Below, in pieces: positions 13,626 through 31,695 of a stretch of 64,000 nt of DNA. The DNA comes from the human T2T-CHM13v2.0 reference genome, Homo sapiens. Each line of letters starts with the position of its first letter. The first letter of the stretch is position 1. A program made the position numbers and the translations under genes. The stretch is taken from assembly GCF_009914755.1 (NCBI RefSeq), contig NC_060933.1; one strand, given 5' to 3'. The notes under the pieces are model-generated. The model saw nothing but the letters and a program-made list of their open reading frames with translations. It searched no databases and was not told where the DNA came from.

Positions 13626-14282
13626 GGTTGAGTAGCTTATGCACAGTAATGGGTTTTCTTTGACTGTGAGTGGCCTGACCCCAGATCTTGGAAGCAGTAC
13701 ATGCATCACTTCAGTGTGAAGCGTCCTGGGTAGGTCAAGCTGTGCTCCCAGAAGTAGAACAAACATTGCAGAGCAGAGCCAGAGCCTTGGAAAGCCGGAC
13801 ATATAAACACAGGGCAGCCTTCTCTCCCCTGCGTGCCTATCCTTAGCTTTCCTTTCATCTTTCTTTTTTTAGCTTTTGGAACTGACATGTATTTTTAGAA
13901 ACCACTACAGAGAAATTCACCCCAAGCCTGTCTTTCTCCATTTTGCAACATAAATTTTTATTGACATAGTAAAATATTTTATTCCCCTCATACATTTTAG
14001 TCCCTGCCAACAACAATAAAAAAGGGGAGAAAATCTTTCCTATATAGATGGAGCTTTTTTCCCCGTGTTTGGGGGTGAGAAGTTAAAGTCCTGGGGTGTT
14101 CTACAGGAGGACACAGTGAGCCCTGGGGCAGTCATCAGGGCCGATGTTGGCTCTCTTACCCAGGTAGGAAGAGCTACATGTGTGGCAGGCAGACCCAGGG
14201 TGCTCCTTGCTCTGCTAATTAGCTGTGCAACCAGGCAAGGGAGTTGACACCAGTTACCTTATCTGTAAATTGGAGATAGTAA

Positions 14283-16063
14283 TGTCACAGGAGCCTTAGG
14301 GTGTTGCTTTGCCAGCTGGAAACCTCTGTGGCTGGTGGCGCCTCTGCTTGAGTTTTGCTCATGCCCGCTAGGCTCGTTCCGTCCACTCAGCCCAGCAGGC
14401 TGTGCTCGGCTCATGCTACTGGCCCGGATCCCATGCCTGCCAAGGGCAAGCCAGGCTTGGAGCGGCGAGGTTGTGTGTGAGCACAGGGCCAGGCCACTGC
14501 ACACAGCAAGGCATGCCAGCTGTTGTGGTGGGGTGGGCAGCTCCAGGTGCCGGCTCCATGTGAGGCTGTGGCTGGACCAGATATACGACAAGCAGCTTCT
14601 GCTGTGGATATCAGCATCCGGACAAGGGGAACATGGTGGCGCCCAAAAGCTTGGAGACGCCAGGAAGTGCAGAGCCCCAGAGAGGATGTTACAGTGTGTT
14701 ACAGCCCTGGCTTGGGGAACCTGAAGGTCTGGGCTCCCAGAAGAGCTGCAGCTTTTCTCTCCTCCTTGCCCACAGTGCGGTGAGCCGGGGGGCCATGTTT
14801 CAGCCCATTTGTGTTACAGCTCTTTCAGTACCACCACCCCACTTCAGCTTGCAGCTCATGGGCTGGCCTGGCCCCACAGCTCTTTCCCGTTGTGTGGGGC
14901 AGCTGCCCAGTAGCAGTGGAGAACAGGAGGGCTGTAGTGTTACGGCAGCTCTGGCTCAGGGAATTCCAAGGTCTGGGCACCCAGAAGGGTTGGCACTCTT
15001 CACTGCCACTGTCTGGGAGTGTATCACTGCCTACAGCTTGGTGAGGCAGCCAGGAACGTGTTACAACCCATTTCACTCCCACCATTTGGCAGGTCCCAAG
15101 TTCTTGTCCTGCGTCCAGGAAGAATGAGATTATGTGGACAATTGGAGGGTGAGCAAGACAGAGAAAGGCTTTATTGGATGACCGAACACCTCTTAGTGGA
15201 GAGGAGACCTGAAGTGGGTAGCTCCTATCCACAGGCAGGTAGTCCCAAGGAGTGTCTGAGTCCAGCTGAGTCTGGGGTTTTTATGGGGTCAGAATGGAGG
15301 AAGTGCTTGCTGATTGGTCCATGGATGGGCCTGGAAAAAGCACCACTTGATTGGCTAAAACTTCATCAAGGAAGTTCTCACTCCCTGTTGCAGACTTCAC
15401 CCGGAATTGGCAGCCCAGCCCCAGGCTTCAGGCCATCCCTGGCTTGAAGGTGGGGTTTCACCAGGGATCCCTCCCATCCCTCCTAATAACCTGTCTGCCT
15501 TTTGCCGTCATCAACTGCCACTTATGGCACCCAGGTTTTCTGCACCAAGGGGCACTTGCATGCCCATGCCGAGCCGCCCTCAGGCCCCTTGGCCTCACTC
15601 CCGTGCTCCTCAGCACCCAAAATGTCAGCCTCAGAACTAGTTTCTGGAGGTGCTGAGACAGTCTGGGGTCTGGTGTGTTAGTGCCATCCTGAGCATGCAC
15701 ACGCCCGGCTGGGTCGCTACAGTGCCTGGGCTCAGCTATCAAGACACGATGGCAACTTTGTTCCACTGCAGAGTGCATACCAGGAGCGGGGAGAAGCCAG
15801 GGAGTGGAAGCAGGCACTTCCGAGCCTGCCGGGGCAGGGGCCTTCCTGGGACCCTGAGAGCACAGGGATGCCCGGGTCCAGAGCCACGGCTGGGCAGCTG
15901 CAGCTGCACCTGGGAGCATGGGCTCCCGCCCTGCCAGCTCAGTAGGGCACGGGGCTCCCACTGGGATCACCTGTTCCCAGCCCCCATGTGCAGCCTTGGC
16001 CATGCCTCCCTCGCTGCAGCTGGCATCCTCACAGTGGCTGCTTCAGACAGGCCGCCGCCACCA
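14283..16063 (-). mobile_element. MER52(A)-like ERV1 solo LTR, ~1.78 kb, inserted in a MIR
   Basis: GC-rich, TG...CA ends, flanks GTAA/GTAG. Minus-strand AATAAA at 15170-15175. MIR sequence continues on both sides. Confidence 0.8.
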
Positions 16064-17485
16064 GTAGTAATGAATACTGGAATTTGTGTTGGGATTATTG
16101 AAACGTAATGCATAAAGCAGTTAGTGTGGTGCCCAGCACATAGTAAACAAATGCAGGTAGTGTTTGTGGCTGTGGTGGCAGTGGTGATTATGGTCGATGG
16201 TGGCAGCCAGTAATTTTTGGTCAGCTCATTGGTCAGAGAGTCCCTAAGCACAAGATTTCTAGAAACATTTTTTCACCCTACATCTTCCATACCTTTAAAT
16301 AAAGAAGAGGTTACTGAAAGAAGGATCTAAGAGGAAGTGTCAGAAAGCTTTACACGTATAAATTCCTTATTTAAGTAGTTTTTATATTTGGAGCTTTCAG
16401 GAGTTGAACTTGGAAGATTTCCTATTTTGGCTCCTGGTATGGTGGGGCACAGCCCTGAGATCACGAGTGGGATCATTCCAGAATACTGTAGAAAGGGAGA
16501 GGAAGGGGTCAGGGCTACAACTCTGTCTCCTGTTTGGCTACACCACTCAACACGGTCAGTGGGATAGACTGACCAGCTATGCGAGCCCAAACGAAATCAG
16601 GTTGACAATGCCGGAGCCCCAAACAGTGGTCCCCACAGAGTGCCGCAGGAGCCGCCCTCTGGCTTCTCCCTTTCACCTCTTTCTTTAAGGCCTGTATTAT
16701 TGCTCTCACCACAACTTGTCCTGAGAGAGGTGTCTATAATTAGCTCAGTTTGTGTGCAGGGTGGCTTAACGTGGAGGAAGTGGCATGAGGAACTTTGGTT
16801 AATCTTAAGAGGAAAGTCCTGAACACAGTTGATGTCCTGGGAGGGCGGGTCACAGACACAGAGTTCCCACCTCTTTGCCTAACTACCTACAGTCACACAC
16901 AGTGCCTTGTATTGCAGATATTCATGTGTGTATTTGAGTCCCCAGCTGGATCTGAATCCTTGGAGAGAAATGTCTCCGAGAGGGCTGGGTCTTTTTTGTC
17001 TCTGTTTTCTCAGTGCTGAGCTCAGTCCCTGGCCCAGAGGACACACTCAGAGGGAAGGAGAAGGCAGGAATGCAGAGAATCTCTTACCAGTGGGTTAGAA
17101 CTGCTGCTCTTGTGCCCACATTGCCTTCCTGGTCCCTCCCCTGCAGGCCCTTTTGGGTGTGGTCAACCCCGCAGTGTCAACCCTGTTTCTAGTTATTGGC
17201 GTTTGTTATGCTTCCTCACTTCAAAGGAACCAGAAAAATAATTTCCAAAAACAGCTGCCTTTGTACTTTCTAGGCCTTTTAAGGTTTTTGCATGCCAGAA
17301 TCTCACCTATTTCTAATATCATAAAGATGTGGCTGCTTTGGAAAATATACCTCTGAGGCTTAATGCTATAATAACTTCCAGAATAATAAAACAACCTCCG
17401 TCTCTGGGACCTCAGTACCTTAACCAAGCATTGTGTCCACTTTGGGCTCATCACTGGAGGGAAAGTACGTACTAACAAAGCAGCG

Positions 17486-17627
17486 GACCAGGCACTGTGG
17501 CTCACACCTGTAATCCCAGCACTTTGGGAGGCTGAAGCAGGAGGACCTTTTGAGGGCAGGAGTTCAAGACCAGCCTTGCCAACATAGTGAGACCTTGTCT
17601 CTATAAAAAGCAACAACCACAAAAAAC
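17486..17627 (+). mobile_element. FLAM monomer
   Basis: Alu left-arm sequence with a degenerate A tail. Confidence 0.85.
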
Positions 17628-17866
17628 TAGATGGCCTTCAGGAATTCACCAAATAAGTTTTAGTGCTTTTATTTTTGTGAAAATAACAGACCTATCTTTT
17701 AGAAAATAGGTATAGCTGTGTATGAGGACATTGGCCAAGTGTGACTGGTGGAAAAAAAAAAATTGGCTGTTTGAGTAAGCAAGATGGGCTTCATTTCAGC
17801 TTAAGGGACAACCACAGCATCTTGGAGTTCAGAAAGGGTGTGTATGTGTCCTTTAGAAACAAACAA

Positions 17867-18262
<396 letters not shown>

Positions 18263-18599
18263 CTAGAACCAGCACAGAACACGCTTAGATACAGATACCT
18301 CAGTGTGGAAGCATTCCACATTTTCTTCTAAGCATGTTAGAAAGCTCTCACTCTGAAAAAGACGCAGTCAGAAGAAGGGGCACAGAATTGGTTCTTTCGT
18401 TATACACAGAATGTATAGTTTAGGCTGCGAGATAACCTCCTAGAACAGCAGTTCCCACCCTGCTGAGCATGAGATTGCCTGGAAAGGCATTTGGCTTGGA
18501 CCAGCTGAATCAGAAATTTCTCTGGTGGTTAACATTAGATTTATTTACTGCACTAGAGAAATGAGTCTGATGTTGAGTTTTTCAAAGCTGATGAAACTA

Positions 18600-19182
18600 A
18601 GTTTATAAATAGTTTATATGCCTTTTTACCAAGTAACTCTTATTCTAGGAGTCTAAGAATAGAGTCAGTAATTCAGACAAAGATTTATGATAACAAATAT
18701 ACAATAGCATTATGTATGATAGGGGAAAATTGCAGTGACCTAAATATTTAATAAAGGAGTGGCTAAATTAGTTGTGGTTCATCTATACTGTTGCATATAT
18801 TTGGCAAGTAAAACGGAGTTTTTAAAAGATAATTAATAGCTAACAAAATGCTCATGGTGTAATCGTAGGTGGCAAATAGCAAGGTACAAAATTATATATG
18901 TCCACGAAAGAAATATTGTAGGATTTCGCTTACATGAGGTACCTAGAATAGTCAAATTCTCAGAGACAGAAAGGAGAATGGTGATTGCCAGGGGCTGATG
19001 AGAGAGAGAATGAGGAGTTAGTGTTTAATGAGTGCAGAGTTTCTGTTTGGGAAGATAAAGTTCTGAAGATGGAGAGTGGTGATGAAGTCACAGCACTTTG
19101 AACTTAATGTCACTGAAATTTACAATTGAATGTGGTTAAAATGGTAAATTTAGTGTTATGGGTATTTTACCCCAATAAAAAA
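18600..19182 (+). mobile_element. L1M 3' end fragments (L1MB/ME-like)
   Basis: tgaggtacctagaatagtcaaatt..gattgccaggggctg..aataaaaaa. Confidence 0.7.
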
Positions 19183-19521
19183 GAAAGGGCCTCCACCCCA
19201 AAATGCTGTGGAAGGAGGCGAAGGAACATGGCATGAACTCAGTTCCAAGCTCTTGACAAATAGCTTTAGAGACAGATCAGCTGTGTTCTAACATGAAAGA
19301 AAATAAAGGCTGGACCGGCTGCAGGGGAAAGATTGTGCATGTATAGGATGTCCTAATTCTTAAAGAAAAGAGCACAGAGAAAAATTCTTTAAATTAGTTT
19401 TAAAAATTAGAAGTACAGGGAAAAAACTCCAAATGTGGTGACAGTGATCACTTGTGATAGAAATATGAGGTTTTAAAATTTTTTCCTATCTTTAAGAAAT
19501 TTTACAGTTTCTCCCTAATGA

Positions 19522-19698
<177 letters not shown>

Positions 19699-20129
19699 TA
19701 AAAATAATTTTTAAGTGTTTGCATTCTTTGCTAATCTCTACATGAAGGGTGCTTATGACATGTTTAACAAGCAGTCCAAAGTGGTGTATCCCCATCAGAG
19801 TAGCCCCCTTGAGAGGCCATTGCTAAGAGCTGGCCATTCCTCCGGTGCTTGGTGACTTTATTGTCTGGAATACATTCTTGTGGATATCCTCAGAGAGCGC
19901 ACATCCTTACACTGGGGGGTATTGAAAACTTGGGAGACTGCTGCCGGTCATCTAGGACCAAGCCTTGTGAACAGGTAGATGCTTCCATCAATATGCTCCC
20001 TTCTTTTTGAGGAGGATGGTTTTGCAGCTGGGCCTTTGCATGGTGTGGGAAGTCCTCCAGTTTTATATTCCATTGTTAAGTGAGAGGTTTCTTTCCATTT
20101 TGTGGGAGGAGGGATCTGTCATCATGCAA

Positions 20130-20600
20130 ACTAGCGGTTACTTATCAGGGTTGTTAATGGCAACCAACAGAAACTGACATTGATTTAGCCTGTACAGAAA
20201 TTTAGTGAAAGGTTATTGGGGAGCTTCCAGAATCTCCAGGAATGCAGAAGAACAAAGGTCAGAAAATAGGCAAGAACAAAAAGGAGGCTGTTCAGCTGCA
20301 GCTATGGGCAAGACCAGACCACAGATGCCATCCAGGAAGGACACACTGCCTCCCCTTATGTGGTGAGACTGGACCTAACCTCTGCTGTAGGCCTGTGGGT
20401 GCTGCTGCTGCTGCTGCTGTCTGAGAGAATTCTCTCTTCTACTTGTTTCTCTGCATCTCTGATCACAGGTTCTAAATCCTGGGCTGGTGCAGCCCACTGG
20501 CCAGGCCGCTGTAGTTGTCTTTGCTGTGAGGGAAGCTGGGGAAGGGAGTGTCTGGCAGTGTTCAGTGACTGTGATGTCAGGCCAGCTCAGCCCCCATTAG
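20130..20600 (-). mobile_element. Old MaLR (MLT1-like) LTR relic containing (GCT)6 at 20401-20418
   Basis: ggcaaccaacagaaactgac..aaaggttattggggagct motif. Boundaries uncertain. Confidence 0.45.
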
Positions 20601-22031
20601 ACTGGGGAGAAGGGGGTTCCAAAGCTGGGCAGCCGAACAGATGACAGATAGCCACTATGATACTTACGTGGCTGTCTGTCAGTCTTGTTAATCCCTGCCA
20701 GGGTCCAGTAATGAGCAGGTGATTATCTCTGGAAACGATAGCAGCTGTTGACATTTCGCCCCAGGTCACCTAAGCATTCTCCCCAAGGGGGACTGCCAGA
20801 GGAGCCAAACTATATGCCGATTAACTACTGGGAACACATGTGCCACGTCTTCATCTGGTGCAACTCTGCTCACAGATGGGGCTACCTGCTCTGTGGTTTA
20901 TACACGTAAGGAGTAGTGATGGGGGTGGGGATAGGGCTAAGGCAACATTTGAGGACAGCAGCTTCTAGGGATCCCTTTAGAAGGGTCTCGTAAGAGTTCC
21001 AAGAACTCAGTGACTTCAGAATTCAGGTAATCAGACTGGCAGATGAATTTTTCCTTTTAGTTGATGGAGCAAGTATAGGAGTTTGGCCCTGACTTTGGCA
21101 GGAATGTAATGACACCATCCTCTTGCCCTAGGTTGAGTACTCCTATCAGTCCTTGAAGTAACTGATCACAGCCAAAAGGCCACTCTTCACCGTGATTATG
21201 ATTTCTGTCTTTAATTTTCACATCATCTATTTAGTACTGCAGCTACGGGCTTACTGGCAGCTCCAGACACCAGTGTCCTTGTGAACAAGGCTCTGGTAGA
21301 TTTCAGGCGAGTTTACACATCCCTAGAGGCAGTACAGCAAACGGCAAACAGCTATTTATGTTAGGTGAAGATGGACTGCTTCAAAGAGTCTGGACAGCAA
21401 CTGAGAAAAATGCATTTGTCAAGGTTTTAATGCATATAATTTTCCAGCAAAGGTGTTTACTTACTCCAGTAACATACTAAGTAAACTGCATTAGGAAAAG
21501 CCTCTTTAGTATTTTACATCCTTTTCTATAATTGACCTTAGATTCTAGATTGCTTAAAAGAAGTCGCCCAAGTCAGAGAGAGCTTTGGGGATACCTGGAA
21601 TTCTCATTTTTAATGTGTGCCCCAGGGTTGGGAACACGCTTTGAGAAGCTGTGCTCTAGTGCCTGGTTCCTGGTGCTGAACCCAAGGATATGTGAACCAG
21701 CTGGAGACCTGTAAGAGGGAGGGCAGACCACTCAAGTTGTTGCATTTCATAAATTAAATCCCTTCATTTTTAGACCTTTTGATATACTTAATTTTTTTCA
21801 GACCTTTTATTTATTATTTTTTTTTAAATTATACTTTAAGTTCTAGGGTACATGTGCACAATGTGCAGGTTTGATACATAGGTATACATGTGCCATGTTG
21901 GTTTGCTGCACCCATCAACTCGTCATTTACATTACGTATTTCTCCTAAGGCTATCCCTCCCGCATCCCCCCACCCCTCAACAGGCCCCGGTGTGTGATGT
22001 TCCCTGCCCTGTGTCCGTGTGATCTCATTGT

Positions 22032-25827
<3,796 letters not shown>

Positions 25828-25890
25828 TATGTTGTTAGCTGGTTATTTTGCCTGTTAGTTGATGCAGTTTCTTCATAGCATTGGTGGTCT

Positions 25891-26910
25891 TTACAATTTC
25901 TCATGTTTTTGCAGTGGCTGCTACCGGTTGTTTCTTTCCATGTGTGGTGCTTCCCTCAGGAGCTCTTGTAAGGCAGGCCTGGTGGTGACAAAATCTCTCA
26001 GCATTTGCTTGTCTGTAAAGGATTTTATTTCTCCTTCATTTATGAAGCTTAGTTTGGCTGGATATGAAATTCTGGGTTGAAAATTCTTTTCTTTAGGAAT
26101 GTTGAATATTGGCCCCCACTTTCTTCTGGCTTGTAGGGTTTCTGCTGAGAGATCTGCTGTTAGTCTGATGGGCTTCCCTTTGTGGGTAACCCTATCTTTC
26201 TCTTGGCTGCCCTTAACACTTTTTCCTTCATTTCAACCTTGGTGAATCTGCCAATTATGTGTCTTGGGGTTGCTCTTCTCAAGGAGTATCTTTGTGGTGT
26301 TCTCTGTATTTCCTGAATTTGAATGTTGGACTCGCTTGCTAGGTTGGGGACGTTCTCCTGGATACTATCCTGACGAGTGTTTTCCAACTTGGTTCTATTC
26401 TCCCCATCACTTTCAGGTACACCAATCAAATGCAGATTTGGTCTTTTCACATAGACCCATATTTCTTGGGGCTTTGTTCGTTTCTTTTCACTCTTTTTTC
26501 TCTGACCTTGTCTTCTCACTTAATTTCATTATTTTGATCTTCAATCACTGATACCCTTTCTTCCACTTGATCGAGTTGGCTGTTGAAGCTTGTGCGTGCG
26601 TCACAAAGTTCTCGTGCCATGGTTTTCAGCTCTGTCAGGTCATTTAAGGTCTTCTCCACACTGTTTATTCTAGTTAGCCATTTGTCTAATCTTTTTTCAA
26701 GGTTTTTAGCTTCCTTGCGATGGGTTTGAACATGCCTCTTTAGCTTGGAGAAGTTTGTTATTACCGACCTTCTGAAGCCTATTCTGTCAACTCGTCAAAG
26801 TCATTCTCCCTCCAGCTTTGTTCCGTTGCTGGCGAGGAGCTGTGATCCTTTGGAGAAGAGGTGCTCTGATTTTTAGAATTTTCAGCTTTTCTGCTCTGGT
26901 TTCTCCACAT
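25891..26910 (-). pseudogene. L1 ORF1, disrupted
   Basis: ATG at 26910 (MWRNQSRKAENSK). Fragment ..YVKRPNLHLIGVPESDGEN..TPRHII.. is broken by frameshifts. Confidence 0.9.
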
Positions 26911-27488
26911 CTTTGTGGTTTTATCTACCTTTGGTCTTTGATGTTGGTGACCTACAGATCGGGTTTTGGCGTGGATGTCTTTTTTGTCGATGTTGATGCT
27001 ATTCCCTTCCGGTTGTTAGTTTTCCTTCTAACAGTCAGGTCATTCAGCTGCAGGTCTGTTGGAGTTTGCTGGAGGTCCACTCCAGACCCTGTTTGCCTGG
27101 GGATCACCATTGGAGGCAGAACAGCAAATATTGCTGCCTGATCCTTCCTCTGGAAGCTTCGTCCCAGAAGGGGAGCCACCTATATGAGGTGTCTGTTTAC
27201 CTCTACTGGGAGTTGTCTCCCAGTTAGGCTACATGGGAGTCAGGGACCCACCTGAGGAGGCAGTGTGCCCTTCCTCAGAGATTAAATGCCTCACTGGGAG
27301 AACCACTGCTGTCTTCAGAGCTGTCAGACAGGGAAGTTTAAGTCTGCAGAAGTTGTCTGCTGTCTTTTGTTCAGCTATGCCCTGCCCACAGAGCTGGAGT
27401 CTAGAGGCAGTGGGCCTTGTTGAGCTGCGGTGGGCTCCACCCAGTTCAAGCTTCCCAGCCGCTTTGTTTACCTACTCAAGCCTCAGCA

Positions 27489-27629
27489 ATGGCAGACGCC
27501 TCTCCCCCAACCAGGCTGCCACCTCGCACTTCAGTCTCAGACTGCTGCGCTAGCAGTGAGCAAGGCTCCATGGGCACGGGACCCACCGAGCCAGGCACGG
27601 GAGAGAATCTCCTTTCTGCTGGTTGCTAA
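27489..27629 (+). pseudogene. L1 ORF0 homolog in the antisense 5' UTR, 46 aa, truncated
   Basis: gcaATGg context. MADASPPTRLPPRTSVSDCCASSEQGSMGTGPTEPG resembles the recalled ORF0p MAGAPPPASLPPCSLISDCCASNQRDSVGVGPSEPG. Confidence 0.75.
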
Positions 27630-30600
27630 GACCTTGAGAAAAGTGCAGTATTGGGGCAGGCGTGTCCCATTTTTCCAAGTACAGTCTGTCAAGGCTTCCC
27701 TTGGCTAGGAATTGGAAATCCCCTGACTCCTTGTACTTCCCAGCTGAGGTGATGCCCCACCCTGCTTCAGCTTGCCCTCTGTGGGCTGCACCCACTGTCC
27801 AACCAGTCCCAATGAGATGAACCAGGTATCTCAGTTGGAAATGCAGAGATCACCCGTCTTTTGCATCAATCACGCTGAGAGCTGCAGACGGGAGCTGTTG
27901 CTATTTGGCCATCTTCCAGACCTTTTATTTTTAAAAGAAACTTCTCTACCCCGAATGAAATCTTACTCAGAAACCTTATTTGTAAATAAAATCAAAGTTC
28001 TACTCTGAAGCCCTCATAGATCTCCCCCCTTGCAAGGACCCTGAAGACCTGCACCCCACAGAGCCATGGGGTTTAGTGTGACAGGCCTCACCTGTGGGTG
28101 CAATGCCCTCTGTCTGTCCCTGGCTTGGGCTGCTGGGCTTTATTGCCTCCTAGTGTCTCACACACATTAGGTGGTCAGTAAATAGGTTTTGAATTAGTGA
28201 TTGAAACAATTTTGGGGACACCCACCAGCTTCTACTTTGGAGAGATCAGAGAAGCCTAAATATCAAACCTTTCAACTTCTTTTCATCAGCTCACATGCTT
28301 CTAGTCTCATTCTTGTTTAAATTTATACCCCACATAGTCATAGGAAGTTGCTGGCAAACTCAAAATGTGAAACAGCTGATGAATTGACACTATTTCTTTA
28401 TGGATGAAAGTAGATGTTACAGAAATAAGCTCTTTTATGTTTTACTCCGAGCTACCTTAACTTCATTTGGAAAGTAGCTAAGGAGTAAATACTGAATTTT
28501 ACATACTAAATAAAGTTATATGCTAATCAAAATATATGTCCTTCCAGCTGAATGACCTGGTGCAGGGTGAGAAAGGAGCTGTTATGGATGAGAATCGTGC
28601 CCCCTGGTTTTGGAGGTGGGGGAGGCACAGAATAACTTATCTTGTTACATAGTTGGTTTGTTATTTTTCTTCTTCTATAAGTAAAGAAAAAGAGTTCTGA
28701 AAGCAAGAAGATTGAGAAAGCAAACTGAAATGTCTTCTTGAGTTTGGCATGAAAGATTATGAATTTTATCTTTGTGGCTGATAGAGAGCAACATTAGGAT
28801 ACAGAGCAACGTTAGGAGGAGGCTGAGCAGTAAGTGGTTAGTTGAGGTCAGGCACTGCCAATGCTGGATTAAGATTTCCTGTGAGTGAAAGGTGAATTTA
28901 CAATTAGTAATAAAAGATATCTAACTATCTCAGGCATTGTTTCCAAAAGGTTTTTGAAAAAAGAATTGTCACTTAGTAAAGTTCATCTATTCAGTTTGTT
29001 AATAAAACTATGTTTTTAGGATTAAACTGCTCGAATGCAATTTATGCTTGTCCAGTCCACGTTTCCATGTCCCTCAGCTCTCCTTGGTGATATGGTACCT
29101 AAAATTGCAAGTCAGGATTTATTTTGAGGGATTTTATTTTAAAGGTTAATAAAGTTCTGCTGAAGGGCAAATCTGTAAAATTAAGGACCTAAATGATAAA
29201 GAAGGGGAGGCCGTAACTCTCCTGCTTGAAAGTTGTTTGTGGTGGGTAAGAAAGTGCAGGGTACAGCCTCATGTATTTCCTGAGGCGTTGACTTGCCTCT
29301 GTTGGGATTCGAGAAGGACCCAATAAATAGCATGTCTCGCCCTGCCTGAGGAAAAGCGAGACAAAGGAGTCAGGATTTGGAGATGTAAAGTATCACCTTT
29401 ATGAGTGATAAAGCAGATATTGAGGAGTGTGGCTTATATCTGTTGGCAAACAGGTTTCAAATACTGGACCCTGGAATTAGACAGGCTTACCTAGTGATGG
29501 GCCGTGCAGGAAAGTGCAGGCTCCTCTCCGTGGAAGGAGCAGAGCAGAGTGCAGGTTCTCTGTCTGCATGATGGCTCCAGAGAGAAAGGGAAGGAGCTGA
29601 GCTAGAGGTCACCAAACTTTCTTGGCTTGCAGGCACCCTTAGTACCTCAGCATGCTTTTTATAGTGCCTCTCAGTCAAAAGAAGTACCTAACAGTTCTAT
29701 GTGTTAAGTAAATTAGGTCCAAATAACTCATCAGTATTAGTAAGCTAGGTGCCTCACAAGTGTCACCGTGCTTCTCTTGAATGTATCCCACAGGGTCCCT
29801 GTGAGTTTGCTGTAGCACTGCAGAGCACCATGGCACATAGTTTGGGAAATACAGTCTCCTTCAGAATTCAAAAATAAAATTAAGTCGTAACTAATCCTCT
29901 TGTAAAAGGCTAAGAGGGGGTGAAGATGAGCCAGATGTATTACCCAAGTGGAGATCCCTCCACATGGGAGACATCTTTAGCAGCAGGAGAAGCATATGCC
30001 ACCTCCTGCCGCCACACTTACCCCAGCACCTGGGCTTCAGCTCAGAGGAATCCAGAGCTGATGCGACTCTCTAACCTCGGAGACTGACGCATGTAATCAG
30101 TTTGTACTCAGAAGCTATACCTTCCAGTGTTCTCGGTACCGCATAAATCTTGGGAAGGGAAATGGAGAGAAAGGTGATAACCCCATGGGAATACATTGAG
30201 TACATCTCCACAGCCTACCCTTTCAATTCCACATGCCCTGAGGTCAAGTCCTATGAGGGCCAAGGATAGACTTACTTTCATTTGGCTAAGTTAGATGCAT
30301 ATTGTCAGTTCTGTAGAGCCTCCGAGCAAACTATTTTTTTCTTTGCTTTAGCTCCAATGGAAGCATAGCCTGCAGTTAGAAAAATGAACAGCTGGGCCTT
30401 CCATGTATACTCCTAACCCAGCAATCAAATGGCCACTCCTTTATAAGGCACAATTTCTATTAGTAATAAGAAATAGTACATGGTAGATTTCCAGTCATAA
30501 ACAACTAAATACTTCTTGTGTATGCCTCTCATTTAAACCACAGAATATGCCCAGTCTGCATTTATAGCTTGATTGGTCAAGTGTGCATTTCATTCAGATT

Positions 30601-31695
30601 GTCCTCATCAGTAAAATACCAGTATTAGCAAATCATGAATTGCTAAATGTGCAAAAATAAAAATTACCATAGTCAAGTATTTAATTCCCTTGTATTAAAA
30701 TTGTATTGTGTCCTACTCAATACATACAAATTTAAAAGTTTGCAAACTATGTCTGAACAAATGTTTAAATGTTTTACTAACTTCCCTGTCCCCCTGCCAC
30801 GCCTTAAAAAAAAAAAAAAAAGCACCTTTCAGGATTAATCACCTGGGGAGTTTGCTCTGAATTACTGCCTTGGGAGGTGGCAATATGAAACAGAAGATCT
30901 GAAATGAAAAGATTCTGGTTATGGGTGCCACCATGATTACCTGCAGAAAAAGGTGGGCTAGTCAATTAACAGGAGATGCTGGCAGAAGCACATTTATGTA
31001 GGGGGGTCCAGGGTGTCTTTAGAAGGGCCGTGCTAAACAGGACACACCCACCCAGCTCCACCCGCCATGCTGCAGGTGCTCCTGTTTTCCCTTCCCTGCT
31101 TTATTGGCAAGTCCTACCGGCTTCAATCGCACGCCATTTGTCCCCTGCTCCACTTCCACCTGGGTGTCTTTTAGTCTCCCATAGCTTCACTCCTCCAGAG
31201 ATCCTGGCAACTTAAAGCCTCGCAGGAGTCTCAGTTTCCTTGTCAGTAAAATGGGGATAATTAATAGTCTCTTTCTATGTCATGGGGTGATTATAAGATC
31301 ACATGAGATGTATGCTGAAGCATTTTGTTAGCTGCAAAATGCTATATAAATGTCAGGTGTTATAAATCATTAGCTGGTCTATTCCTCAGCTAAAGCGGTT
31401 TCTATGCATATTTTAGTTACCCCCTAAACAATTCTTTTTCAAATAGCAAATGTAAATGCTGCTGTTTTTTTCTGCTTGGATTATGGTGGCTCCTTTGCAA
31501 CTTTATGATGTAGGCTGAATCTTTAAATACTCCTTTGGCTCATATCTCTTCCCCTGAACACCCATGCGAGATCATAATCCATAAAACACAGAGGCAATAA
31601 CTCCTTTTAATTGCCAGGAGTTCATCATTTGCTAAGTTCTAAATGCAGTCACTTAGGCACTCCTTTTGAAAAGCCTGTCTCTGTTTATTCTGCAG

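Noticed and set aside
14259-16108. Many overlapping 80-180 aa ORFs
   Set aside because: They lie in a GC-rich LTR where stop codons are rare and show no recognisable protein similarity.
20401-20418. (CTG)6 as an expansion locus
   Set aside because: Too short to be remarkable.
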